Assembly (NCBI RefSeq): GCF_009914755.1
Contig: NC_060945.1
Reading direction: 5' to 3' (one strand)
Source: the human T2T-CHM13v2.0 reference genome, Homo sapiens
Length of the DNA: 64,000 nt
Shown here: positions 1 to 25,165 of the stretch, one piece after another
How positions within the stretch are numbered: the stretch's first letter is position 1
Layout: each line of letters starts with the position of its first letter
The notes under the pieces: generated by a model
The model's database searches: none
What the model saw: the letters and a program-made list of their open reading frames with translations, nothing else
What the model was told of the DNA's origin: nothing
Position numbers and translations under genes: made by a program

Positions 1-209
1 TGAGCTGGGCAACAAGAGCGAAACTCTGTCTAAAAAAAAAAAAAGAATTGATGTCTTGATGCTACTTAATTTTATCTAATTCACGTGTTTTTAAAAATCA
101 TAACAAAATCAGTTTTATTCTTCATTCTATCATACAATTAGTACAATCTCAGGTAAGATGCAAACAATGTATACTCATAAGTCTCTTTTTAACATGAAAA
201 CTGGTGCTA

Positions 210-1322
<1,113 letters not shown>

Positions 1323-2184
1323 GAAGAGGTGCCGGTTTGAAGGGGCGAGGACAGAGCGTGGACTTGCGGAAAGTTAGGTGGCCTTGGTGATTTAATCTCT
1401 CAAACCTTCGGTTTTCTTATCTGTAACACGTATTAGAGAAACTGTGTCTTGTCGGAACCTACCCCTCAGTGGGGGTAATCCCAGCTGTTTGTCCTCAGCT
1501 CATTTCTAACTGAACTGCAGGCTTCTCAAGAGCAGCCAGGATGTCACCTTTTCATCACCTAGCACCAGCTCAGGACCTGGCTCATTAATTTATTGAACAA
1601 ATGAATGTGGCAGAAAATTTGCTATTGGTGTTGGACTGTGTTTAAACTTTGTTTCATGTTTATCATGGTTAAACCTCCATCAGAGGTAAACAACTATGTT
1701 AATTATTACATCAAACTTCTGTACATCTTGCCCCAAATGGGATCATTTATTTGTTCAGGATAAAATGTTTTTGAAGTTTTTAGCACACCTGATAGTTGTA
1801 TTTCTTCTAGATTGGGCTTGGATATTGTTATTACTCAGGAATCTGGTTGAATGTTTGATTGTATAACTCTGCCTTTGACATATGTAATTAAATGAGTTTG
1901 TATTTAATGTGTTCCTTGAGGCAGCCAGGTGTATTTACCTCAGAACTGTTGAAGGCTTGCCATGTCTCTAGGACTCATTGGTACCTTTAAGGCATCTCTA
2001 CAGGTATGATTTTCTTTTACTGTGGATTCTTTTTTTCTTTCAAAAGTTTTTCAGCTGTTAGATATTTAGCAGCTCAGTCTGTTTGAATGATTTAATGTGT
2101 TACTATTGAAAATTACTTTGAAATACAATTTGACTGTTTTCAAGAGAGTTTGGATTCTGAAGGCCCACAGTGTATAGGCTGAAA

Positions 2185-2309
2185 CAGTGGTTCTCAAATC
2201 TAGCATGCATTCACTGGATCTGGGACAGGATCCAACAGTTTGCATTTCTAACAAGTTCCCCATTAATGCTGGTGCTGTTGGTGTGGGGACCAGACTTTGA
2301 GAACTATTG
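2185..2309. mobile_element. MER5-type hAT-Charlie non-autonomous DNA transposon
   Basis: TIRs cagtggttctcaaa / tttgagaactattg. Imperfect 8-bp TSD ggctgaaa / ggctaaag. Confidence 0.8.
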
Positions 2310-3096
2310 GGCTAAAGTGTGGAAGACAATTAAAAATAATAATATGGAGGGGAAATGGGGCCCAGTGTGTTTGGGAACAGGATCCCTTTGTGCTCTCCAC
2401 AGACAATAGAGCAGTAAAGAAAAACTGGTTTTGGCACCTGAAAAGAAGGAAAATAGACATAAACTTTAGAAAATACTGTTTGATAGTTGCAGTGGTCCTT
2501 AAAATTAAGATAGGAGAAGAGATTTGGAAATAATTTAATTTTAAAAAGTTTATTTTACCTTTTTTATTATAGGAGTAATGCATGTTCATAATGGAAAGTG
2601 TCATAAATACAGAAACATTTCTATTCTAAAAGAGAGGAAAAATTTCCCCAAAGTATCTTCTGACATTTTTGGCAATGTCCATTCAGTATCTCTTTTATGT
2701 GTAGGACTTTTGTTTTTGTTTTGCCATGAAATAAAGTTTTTATTGTCAAAATAATATATGCTCATTATAATGAAAGAAAAAGAAAGATCATAAAGGACAC
2801 TCACTCTTTCCAGAAACAATACTGATAACATACTGAAGTTTATTATTTGGTATCTCTTCATGTGAATATATCCATTTATGTGAATTACCTTGACCATATG
2901 GTTTTATAACCTAATTTTTTCAGTCACTATCTTTTCATATCATTAGATGTAATTCTGAAGCATCTTTTTTAGGCGCAGAGTATCTTACTCTGAAAAACTT
3001 TGTTGTAGCTGATGCTCTTCATCCACTGGCCCCTCCCATTTCTCATTTCTCTACTAGGAATTTGTAGGTCAAAGAGCATGTAAAAATCTTGATATG

Positions 3097-3455
<359 letters not shown>

Positions 3456-3842
3456 TCACTAGTAGCTGTGTGCCTGTACCCAGACCCCAAGTCTATGCTC
3501 ATTGCCGGTTTAATAATTGCCAGCCTGATAGGTGAAAATAGTATCTTTTCATTCACTTCTTTTACTGATAAGAAGCTTAACACTTTTCTTCATGTGTCAG
3601 TTGGTCGTTTAAATTTCTTTTGAATTTCTGCTCTTGTCCTTGTCACATTTTCTTTTGGGGTTAATCTTTTTTCTTGATTTATATGAACTCTTCATACTTA
3701 GGGACATTAATTCCTTACATCATATGCTTCAGATATTTGTTTCCAAAATTTCATTTGCTTTTAAAACTAACTTGTGGAATTTTTTTTCTTTCATAGAAGT
3801 GTTTTAAGTGTTTCATAGAAGTGCCATCCACTATGATTTTCC

Positions 3843-4394
<552 letters not shown>

Positions 4395-4591
4395 TAGTTT
4401 GTTTTGATGCAAGCAAATACATTTATTTTAGTGTGGCCAAATGTAATTTACATTTTTAAATATTGAATTATTTTGGTTGCACTGTGCAAACATTAGGCAA
4501 ATTTAGGTATAAAGTTGGAAAAAGCCACTAAGTGTCACACTGTTCTGAGGAGCACTGGGAATTCTGAGAAGGCTTAAAGAGTTTGCCATGG

Positions 4592-4978
4592 TTTTCTGTC
4601 CTTGTGATAGTTTGTTCGGAATGATGGTTTCCAGCTTCATCCATGCCCCTACAAAGGATGTGAACTCATCCTTTTCTATGGCTGCATAGTATTTCATGGT
4701 GTATATGTGCCACATTTTCGACAGAAAACCAAACACTGCATGTTCTCACTCATAGGTGGGAATTGAACAATGAGAACACTTGGACACAGGGTGGGGAACA
4801 TCACACACCGGGACCTGTCGTGAGGTGCGGGGAGGGGGGAGGGATAGCATTAGGAGATAAACCTAATGTAAATGACAAATTAATGGGTGCAGCACACCAA
4901 CATGGCACATGTATACATATGTAACAAAACCTGCACGTTGTGCACATGTACCCTAGAACTTAAAGTATAATTAAAAAA
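4592..4978 (+). mobile_element. 5'-truncated, 5'-inverted primate L1 (L1PA-type) insertion
   Basis: 4592-4719 is the antisense ORF2 end, 4720-4978 is the sense 3'UTR with an A tail. 16-bp TSD aaagagtttgccatgg (4576-4591, 4979-4994) at a TT|AAAG endonuclease site. Confidence 0.93.
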
Positions 4979-5029
4979 AAAGAGTTTGCCATGGAAGTGG
5001 AGGTCAGGAGAGGGGAGAACTGAGCAAGT

Positions 5030-6310
5030 ATGTGGGTATTTCCAGCTCCTACTTCTCCCAAGAACTGCAGGCTTAGATGGGCAGCTGTCTAGTAGGCAGA
5101 TCTTCTTGGGCATCTAATAATAAGCTGTTCAAAATTAACATAGCCAAAGCAGAATTCTTTTTTTTTTTTTTTTAAGACAGAGTCTCACTTATCACCTAGG
5201 CTGGAGTGCAGTGGCATGATCTCGGCTCACTGCAAGCCTCGCCTCCCTGGTTCAAGGGATTTTCTTGCCTCAACCTCCCGAGTACCTGGGATTACAGTTG
5301 TGTGCCACCATGTCCAGCTAATTTTTATATTTTTAGTAGAGACAGGGTTTCGCCCTGTTGGCCAGGCTGGTCCCAAACATCTGGCATCAAGTGATCCACC
5401 CGCCTAGGCCTCCCAAAGTGCTGGGATTACAGACTTGAGCCACCGCACCCAGCCCAAAACGGAATTCTTGATGCTGTCCCCACCCTAATGCGCACACCCC
5501 AGTCCTTTCTCGTCTTAGTAAATAGCGCTGTCAAACACCCATTTAGGCAGGCCAGAAACTTCAAAGGTGTCTTTGATTCCGCTCTTCCACCACTTTATAT
5601 CTACTCCATCATGAAGTCTTGTAGACTTTCTGTCCAGAATATATCCTGAGTCTGACCACTCCTAATCATTTCCACTGTTAAAACATTAGGCCACCACTGT
5701 CTCTCATGTGGGTGTTTATTGTGGTCTTCTGGACATTGTCTTGGTTCCACTTTGTCTCTCCCTGTAATCTGTTTCACATAGTAGCTTCTACAGTGTAAAT
5801 AAGATCATATTATTCCCTTGATTAAAACCTTTCAAAGACTTCCCATTACATTTAAAATAAAATCCAAGCCTTACTATAAAAGATCCACTTGTCTGGCCTC
5901 TGTGCTTCTCCAGTTTCTTCCTTCTGCACTCCCCTTGTCTGCTTTGCGGTAGCCTAACATGTCTCTTTCTATCTCTTGAACAGGTTCTTTTCTTTCGTTG
6001 GGTCTTTATACAGGCTGAACCTCCTCTAGAACTAACTAGAAGCTACCTCTGATGTCTTCTCAGAGAGACTTTCCTTGACTATCCCCAGGCACATGAAGAA
6101 GCCCCACACACCCCCTCTAGTCACCATCTATCTTGTTAACCTTACTTATTTTCTTAAAGTGGGGTTCTGTATGTAAAATGATCTTCTTTATTTGTTTACT
6201 GGTTTATTAGCTGTCTTCCTATTCGAGAATGTAAGCTCCCAGAGGACACTCTGTTTTGTTCACTTCTGAATCCCTAGCACTTAGCCCCGTGCTTGGCCCA
6301 TGACATTTGT
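5030..6310 (+). mobile_element. L2 3' fragment interrupted by an antisense Alu (about 5158-5454)
   Basis: L2-type terminus agaatgtaagctccc...ttgttcac...tccctagcacttagc. The Alu has an imperfect TSD. Confidence 0.7.
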
Positions 6311-6490
6311 GGTAAGTACTAGGTGACCATTTTTGGAACTGTTCCCACCCCACGGCCTGCATTCACACTTTAATCACAGCAGCTCAGCTTTTATATCGTG
6401 AGCTTCAGTGGGAGGTTTTGTTTACAGAAAGTTTTCTTGGTTGACAAAAGCCTGAAGATGATTTTCTTGGAAGATGAGGATTTATTCTAA

Positions 6491-10608
<4,118 letters not shown>

Positions 10609-13600
10609 CTTTTTTTTTTCCCCATATGGCTTCTGAACATTGTTTATATTTATTGTCACACTAGGATCACTTAGTTTTGTACTTTTAGTAGTATCTATTG
10701 CTTTATTTGTTATGTTGCCAATCGGCAGTTGTAAAGGTCGTAGATGAAATAGACAAGTATTTATAAGATTAATTTTATCTTACCCTTGTTCTCTTTTTCT
10801 CTTCTTGAATTTCCTCCTTCAAATATATGAACTATTTACTTAACCAAACACTCTCTTTCTCTTCCCTCTCACCATGGCAAGAGTGAAAGGGACCAGAATG
10901 ATGAAAGGTAGACAGTTGGCCTGAGGAAATAAGGTGCCTTGGCGATTCTCAGACTGGATAATCAGCTCCTGGGGAATCAGGCGCTGACTTTTTTTTTTTT
11001 CCTCCTGCTTTTACTCAGAGATCATCTTTTCATATTTTGGGATTTGTGCAGTCATTTCAATGATCTAAAAGTGAAGAGCTTGATAATAAGTTGATTTTAG
11101 TCCTACTGTCTTTTTGTGACGGATGTGCTAGATAAGCTTAATGTGAGTCATTCAAGAACCAAGCCCCTGTTTGAACCTGTCCATTGAGGGCCCTGTTTAT
11201 CAGAGGTTGAAGCATTTTTTAGCTAGCAGCTGATCTTGGGTAAGCAAGCCATTGTACAAGTTCCCCATGCCTAGTTGTTTTGCATCATTAATCATCTTTT
11301 CTTCAAGCCATGGAAACATGGCTGAGTCTTGAGTCATCTGGCTCTTCCCAGTGCTGGAAATCCACCCTGCTGAGGTGAATGTGTGAAATATTTTTTGTTC
11401 TCGGTAGAGATCTGAGAACTGGTTTGTCTCCTGCAATGAACAGATTGAATTCCTTATAAATATGTTACTAAAAGGTACCTTTTGTGTCCATTTTACAGAT
11501 ATCTGACATGATTATTTATTAAACTCCTTTAAATAACTCCTGTGCTTAATGCAGTTTCCAAATATTTGAAATACTAAATGTAGATTTAGGGAACTCAGTG
11601 ACCAGTTTTCATTTGCATTTTGATGAATTTCTCTATTTTAATATTTGTAGTTGCTATCCATTTTAGAAATATCCACTCTGCCAAGTAGGTTGGGAATGTG
11701 TGCAAGAATGACAGCTTAAATAATGTGCTTGTTTGCTATTGAAGCCGATGCCCCTAAGTAAAGCTACCAGATAAAGAGAGGAAAGGGGGAAAAAAGGAGG
11801 AGAATGAAGCCACCGTGTAACATCTGTTAGAGACTCAATGTGAGCCCTGTGAGTTAGTCTTCATTTCCCATGCTATGTTTTATTTTTATTTTTCCTGTTC
11901 CATTAAAGCATTTCGGTTAATTCTGTATAAGTAGAATGCTGATAACTCCTTAGAGAAATGTGATTCAGTAATAACCTTGTTTCCATGTGACTACTTATCT
12001 AATCTGCCATGCATCTGCTTTAAGGAAGGTGTCCATTAGGGTCAACTCACAGGTCAGACATTAATCTTAATTGTCAAATGTCTCAACTCATTGCTAGAGA
12101 CTAAATTGATCTTGATGGCACTCATCTGAGTACCGATTCACACTAAAAGACAGTCAAGGGGTTGTTTTCCTTTGTGTGTTGTAATTCTTAGCAGGATCCT
12201 AAAAATGAAAGTTTTAAAATGTGGAATAGCATGATTAATGAGGACATTTATTAAGGTTAAAGCAGTTTAAAAGTTCAGTTTAATCTAAGGTTAGCTTGTA
12301 GGAACTGATATAAGAGATAGTTAAAAATTTGTTAAGCTTTACTTAAAACCTGTATTTGGGGGTAGAAACAGTTTTCCTAGGGTACTTATAATTTCCTTTA
12401 ATTATCTCAGAAAGAGGGTCTCTTATTAGGATGAGGGAAAAAAATGACCCGTCATTCTTTTAAATCAGGTTTAATTTATTCCTGATATTTATATGATTCT
12501 TATATGTCATGTAATTCTTATGACATATAAGAGAGAAAACATTAATCTAGAGTAGGTAATTTCCTAGTTCAGCTTCTTCCACTTGTGTGAACTACAGAAG
12601 AACTGAAGAGTAATTGTAATTGTTTTATAACTTTAAAGAATTTAAGAGATTAAATTGCTGTCCTTGTGAATTCTTTGTTAAGTAACTCTCAAAGAAATAG
12701 TCAAGTTAAAGGGGATTTACTTTCTAAAACTAGCTTTCTTTTCTTTCTGTCTAACCTTTTATTATGAAAAATTTCAACATCTACAAAAGAAAGGAGAGTA
12801 GTATCATTACCCAGCTACAGTCACTGTTAACTCTCAGCTAATCTTGTCTCCATCCTGCCACCCTCCACTCCAGATTATTTTGAAGCAAATTCTAGACATC
12901 ACTTCCTTTTATTAAAGCAAGTTGCGTTTCATAGTGACAATAGAAACCATTTACTCTTGGCACAGGTGCTAAGGTCTGAATACAACTTTAAGGAGACAGT
13001 GTCTGCATTGAAGAGCTTATGTTTTAAGAAAGGAGTTTATGTTTTCACTGGATATACTCGGCGTTCAGGGAATCAGAGACTTTCTTCAAGTTTCCCTTGT
13101 CTTTTAAATAGGGACGTATTTGCAAGTTCTTATCTGTTTGGAAATTCCTGTAGCAAGTTCAGGTTTAGTCATTCTGTACTGCTTTGGTGGTGCCTTATCT
13201 AAATAGTATTGAAAGGAAGAAAGAATTATTTCACCAAGAGTTGGCCTTGAAAGGAGTTAGATGTATTGGGTATATTTAGGAAGTACCCCTTCAACGCTGT
13301 AATAATATACCAACTTTTAAAGCTACCTCATAATAGCTCTTAAAAACACATTTAAAACACTTAGAGGTGATCCTTTTTCCTAGCCATCAGTGGGACAAAT
13401 TAATTCCTTTTTGAGTAAAAAAAAAAAAAAAAAAAAAATTCTCTTTTTTTAGTACTCAAGATCAGCAAGTATTGGTTGACTCATTCTTTGTTGTTAAACC
13501 TCTTGGTTTCTCAGGCCAGTGTGTCTTTTTGTATACTTTGACCTTGCACTTTAAACTGAATTCCTTTTGTCCTTTGAGGGAGGCATAAAGCTGTCAGTTC

Positions 13601-14848
13601 CTGTTGGTGAGTGTGGGAAATTGAGTTTTCACTCTTCTCTATAATTTCTGCATTTCAAGTGGTTTTAATAATAATCATAACTATTTCTCAATTTTACTTC
13701 TTAAAAAAGTAGATTCATCAGACTGAATTGAATATTTGTTTTCCTTCTAAAGCTGAAGCCAATTTTGCCATACTTGTTTGTGCATTCTTAAGAGTTTAGT
13801 ACTTAAGCATAGAAAACTGTGGGGTTCACATTTATATTTTGCTTTATTACAACTTAGAAGGTAATTGATGACTTGGCTCTGTGGTATGCTCAAAGTGCTG
13901 GACTGAGCTAGTTCAAGAATGTCATTAGCAGTGAATGGGAAATATGTGTCTACTTTTCTTCAGTAGCTAAACAGAAGTAATTATATATTTACATTCTACC
14001 TATTTCATAGGGATGTTGTTAGAATTACTGTGATTAGTTTTTTTTTTTTAATTTCCAAATGTATTTAAGCTTCTTTACAGATAGGTGCCATATCAAAGCA
14101 AGGTGTTAATGTCATTTTTCTCAATTTGTGTTTTTGTCACTAGAAATATATATATATTGCTTTTTCTCTTTTCCTGGTATATTTTTCTGATAAATGTTTT
14201 GAAATTTGTTATCTTAAGTTTTTCATAGCTGGAATGCTAGAAAAGCATTTATGTCCTATTTTTAGTGCAAGTGATGAGTCTGGCTGGGTGGGTAAGTTAA
14301 TGGCAAGGTAATTGAACTGTGCTGAGTGCTCGCCGATGTATCCTTCTGGCCTCTCCATTTTCAGGGTAGAGTTACTGTTTACAGTGACATGTTTCACAGT
14401 CTGTGTGACCAGCCAGTGTGAATCAGTTCGTCTATTGCCTGGCTTTCTTGAGCTCAATTTTTGTCTCATTTCCCCTTTCCATTTTATATATCACATTTCA
14501 AGATGGATGATCTACTTGTCTAACCACTCCAGGGAAGATTGGTGCCATCTAATAAAGTCAAAATGAGGTCCTGCATGTTACCTGGCATAAATTAGAGAAT
14601 TATAGAATGAATGTGTGAACAGATCTGAGACTAGAGCTAGGTCACGAAACTCCTCAGTTTTTTTGGGTTCTCATTATGTGTTTATGGATGGAATTGTTCT
14701 CTTTATCTGGTTTGGGTGGTTTTGTTTGTCAGTGGCCAATGTGGTGGATATTTCAACACAATTTGGACATGCTTCCTATATATTTTGCAGAATGGTCTTT
14801 TTCTTTTGGTTAACTTTATAACTAATAGTTAAAGAATTTTCAAGCCTC

Positions 14849-15220
<372 letters not shown>

Positions 15221-16591
15221 AATTTTCAAGCCACATTAGGATGCTTATCGGCATGAGTTTTACATAATAAGACAATCTGAAATGTATTTGAGTTTTGATG
15301 TTTCTAATCTGTAGAACTTGAAGGCCTAAGGATTTTGTAGTTTTTTAGGGAACAGCATTCCTCTTTCTCTCAGGTGATCTATGTTATGTTGACCTACTCA
15401 AACATGTTAACTTTGAAAATGAACCAACGTTCAGGAACAAATGAAATGACATTTTCAGGACAGCATTCCAAATACATAGTTAGGGACAGTTGTTCGTAGC
15501 TTCTGGAGTGTTTGAAAATGGCCCTCATATCATACAACTTGAATTGGCATTCATTGACAATCACTTTGCTTTTAAAAGATGCTTAACAAAGAGTTGTAAG
15601 TAACATACTTTGAGACTGAGTAAATAAAATAAACATGCGAACCTTTGATGTTAAGCTGAGTTTGTTTGATTTTTCAGGCTGAATATACAAAGACTGTTTC
15701 TAGGAAAACTTGTGCTTTGTACAGATAGAGGAACCTCCTAAGAATTTTGATTGTGGCTTCCAAAATAGCAGATTTCTAGAATATGATTACCTACTTTATC
15801 TAAGATTTCAAAAAGCTGCTTTGTCTATTTTATGATATAAAGTTTTCAAAAAATCATCACTGTTTTGTTTGCCTTTTTTTTTTTTCTTGAAAAGGCATGT
15901 GTTTAAGCATCAGCCTTATTAGCTGGACTGTTATTTCATGTATTTCTGTTAGAACGCTGGATAATGGACTTGAAACTTACATGGCTAATATAATACCATG
16001 AAGTTTAGGAAACTAAGGGCTCATTTCTGTTGTATTCCTTGGAACGTATGTGGGTTCAAGATCAAAATCATTATTTCTTCTTTGTTTTGGTATTTGTCTC
16101 TTTCGGGAATTAAAATTTGTTCCCAAACATTCGTAGGACTACACTGTAGCAGGAATCTGAATAGAAAACACTCCTTGTTTAGTTCTGAGTTTATGTGGAT
16201 GAGGACTAAGTGACCATTGAAGGTGGAAGGGTGATCACAGAGATTACTCAGAACTTAATTTATTAATTCTAAAATGCGTTCATTGAATACACATGGTTTG
16301 TGTGCTTTTTATGGGCCAAACCATGTAACAGAGGCTGGGAATGCAGTTCTTGCTCTCAGGGGAATGTAGTCTTGTCTGAGAAACAGACAATGAACATCAG
16401 TTTCCAATAGATCTAGTTGTAGGCTTAGAGCATGCAGAGGGAACAACAGAAAAAATCCACTGAGACCATTCTGGGGTCCAAATAGGACCCATGGCCCAAG
16501 TTTAGAATGGCAAGAAAGAGGAAAGACAGAGGGAGCTTGGGCAGTGTTCTGCAAAGGATAAATTCAGTTCTCTAAGAATAGTTCACTAGTC

Positions 16592-16905
16592 CTTTTTTTT
16601 TTCTTTTTTTTTTTGAGATGGAGTTTCGCTCCTGTCACCCAGGCTGGAGTGCAGTGGTGCAGTGGTGCAGTGGCACGATCTCGGTGCACTGCACCCTCTG
16701 CCTCCCAGGTTCAAGCAATTCTCCTGTCTTAGCCTCCTGAGTCACTGGAATTACAAGCACGCCCGGCTAATTTTGGTATTTTTAGTAGAGATGGGGTTTC
16801 ACCGTCTTGGCTAGGCTGGTCTTGAACACCTGACCTCAGGTGATCCACCCACCTCGGCCTCCCAAAGTGCTGGGATTACAGGCATGAGCCATTGTGCCTG
16901 GCCTG
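16592..16905 (-). mobile_element. Alu with a triplicated gtgcagtg
   Basis: Antisense Alu containing gtgcagtg three times at about 16650-16675. Confidence 0.9.
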
Positions 16906-17183
16906 GTCACTTGCTCATAGTTATTAATCTGAAGAAGTTCTACAGTAAATCAAATGTTCAGGATTGCCTAATGTTGACTTACTGATTTAGAATATCATTC
17001 TCTTGGTATGCTTCTATAAACTACCAGTGCTCAATTTTTCTTTTCAATTTTGAACTTGTTGATGGACAGTGTCTACAGTCTCTTGACAGTTATGTAATTT
17101 GTGTCTATTTAGGTTTAAGCTGTCACCTTCCCAAATGCGGCATCTGTGTAGCCCCAGAGGGAGCATTCTAAAAGGTAAATCTG

Positions 17184-18628
<1,445 letters not shown>

Positions 18629-19188
18629 TTAAAAAAAAAAAAAAAAAGACCCATTTCTGCCGAAAATCTTTCAGTGACTCCATCACCCCAATGGGCCATG
18701 GGCAAGTCCTGTTTCCACTCTCACATCCTTGCCTTTGGGATTGTTTTCATTCCTGCTGAGTATTTACCCTCACCTGGAAAGCAGCTGTGTGAACTTCTCT
18801 TCATCCTTCGTAGGCTGGTGGCCTTTCTTCCATGCTCAGTTAATCAGTTTCTCTTCTCTGCTTCCTTTGTTCTTTGGCCTGCTCTGCGGTGTTGTATGAA
18901 ACACACTGTGCCAGAATTGTTTGTTTACTTTCTGTTCCTGTTCTAAATATGAGCTCTTTGAGGCAGGACCTGTGTCTTTCTTTGGACCTTTACGTTTGTC
19001 GCAGTAACTGTCATATAATAAACAGTCAATACTTGATTTAAGCTGAGCAATGTAACACTTAAACATTAATTTTGTTACATTTACTGGATTATAATGGTGA
19101 CTGAAAAAAACATTTTTAAGTTTTTTACTCCACCTGGGACAATTCTAACTAAGTGTTTTACTTATGTTAAAACTCATTTAATTATCTT

Positions 19189-19983
19189 TGTTAAAGAATT
19201 ACTCTGATGCTTGTTAAAATAGTTAGGAAGACTTTATTCAAGACTATTGCAATGGCGGGGAGAGATCCAGCTCAATTCTGAATCCAGCAAGGACAAATAG
19301 AGAATTACAGTCAAGTAGCAGAATATGGTCAGTGAATGGTAAATTGCTAAGTGGAGACATCAAGGTCAGTAGATCTTATAAAACTGGCTTAGTCTGCTTG
19401 GGCTACTGTAACAAACTACTATAGACTAGATGCCTTAAGCAATCGAAATTTATTTCTTATAGTTCTGGAGGCTAAGTCTCAGATCAAGATGCCGACAGAT
19501 TTAGTTCCTGGTGAGGGCCCTCTTTGTGGTGTGCAGACAGTCACCTTCCTGCTGGCAGAAGGAGAGATCATCTCTCTGATGTCTGTTCTTATAAGGGTAC
19601 CAATCCCATTCATGAAGGCTCCACTCTCATGATTTTAATTACCTCCCAAAGGCTCGCTTTCCAAATACCATGACCTTGGGGATAAGTGCTTCAGTGTATG
19701 TATTTTGAGAGGACACATTTGGTCCATGGCACTGACCTAACAAGATTGTTGCCGAAGGCAGGCCTAGAATGTATACATCAAAGGTGGGGGTGAGGAATTT
19801 GATCAAATATCAAAGGTGATCAGATATCTCAGATGGGGGTGATTCTCACTAAACTGACTTAGCAGGATTGTTTGTAAAACTGAGTTAGGTAGGCTGAAGA
19901 CAGGAGGGGACTGGAGGAGGTTGCGGCTTCGTTGAGGAGGGCTCAGAGAAGCCTGAGTTTGGTCAAGGAGAGGGTCTTTGTCA
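19189..19983 (-). mobile_element. MER31-like ERV1 solo LTR with a nested MLT1-type LTR (about 19385-19730)
   Basis: Minus strand begins tgacaaagaccctctccttgaccaaact. Nested motifs tagtctgcttgggctactgtaacaa and atttatttcttatagttctggaggct. Confidence 0.7.
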
Positions 19984-20555
19984 CTGTTAGGAGCCTTTTA
20001 ACTTAGGTGCTAATTATACTAGCATTTTATAGACAAAGAATCTGAAGCTTAGAAAGAGGCTAAGCAACTCACGAGGTCCGTACCAGTAAGCACCCTACCT
20101 GGATTCTAGCTGGCGTGCTTTCTGTTCCATAACTTTAAAGCATTGATCATCTGGACCCTGCCTGTGATGGCTCAATTTGCTTTTGCTAACCTGCTGTGAG
20201 AATCAGTGGAAGTTTGCCTCTGCTTTAAAATTACTCATGGTCTTGCTGCCCTTAGTGCTGTCAATCCTGTGATTTCCACTGGAGCAACATACTCAGGTTA
20301 CAACACTGGGTAACATTTACATTTTAGCAGCTTTCTTGAAATTTAAAATATATGTGTAAGTATCTCATTTATATGCATTTCTAGTTTCTTTATACAACAG
20401 AATAACTTCTTTTACATCAAATTTCTGAATTTGACTAAATTTAGAAATAATGGAATCTCATCCATTAAATATAGTCATAGAAGGAAGGAAATATGAAAAT
20501 TAGGATTTCAGATGTTTGAACATAAAAGATAATTTTAAACATTGTCAGTAATCTA

Positions 20556-25165
<4,610 letters not shown>

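Noticed and set aside
10870-10915. Kozak-context ATG (accATGG) followed by AAG|GTAGAC as an alternative coding first exon
   Set aside because: Weak donor, no promoter features and no recognisable protein similarity.
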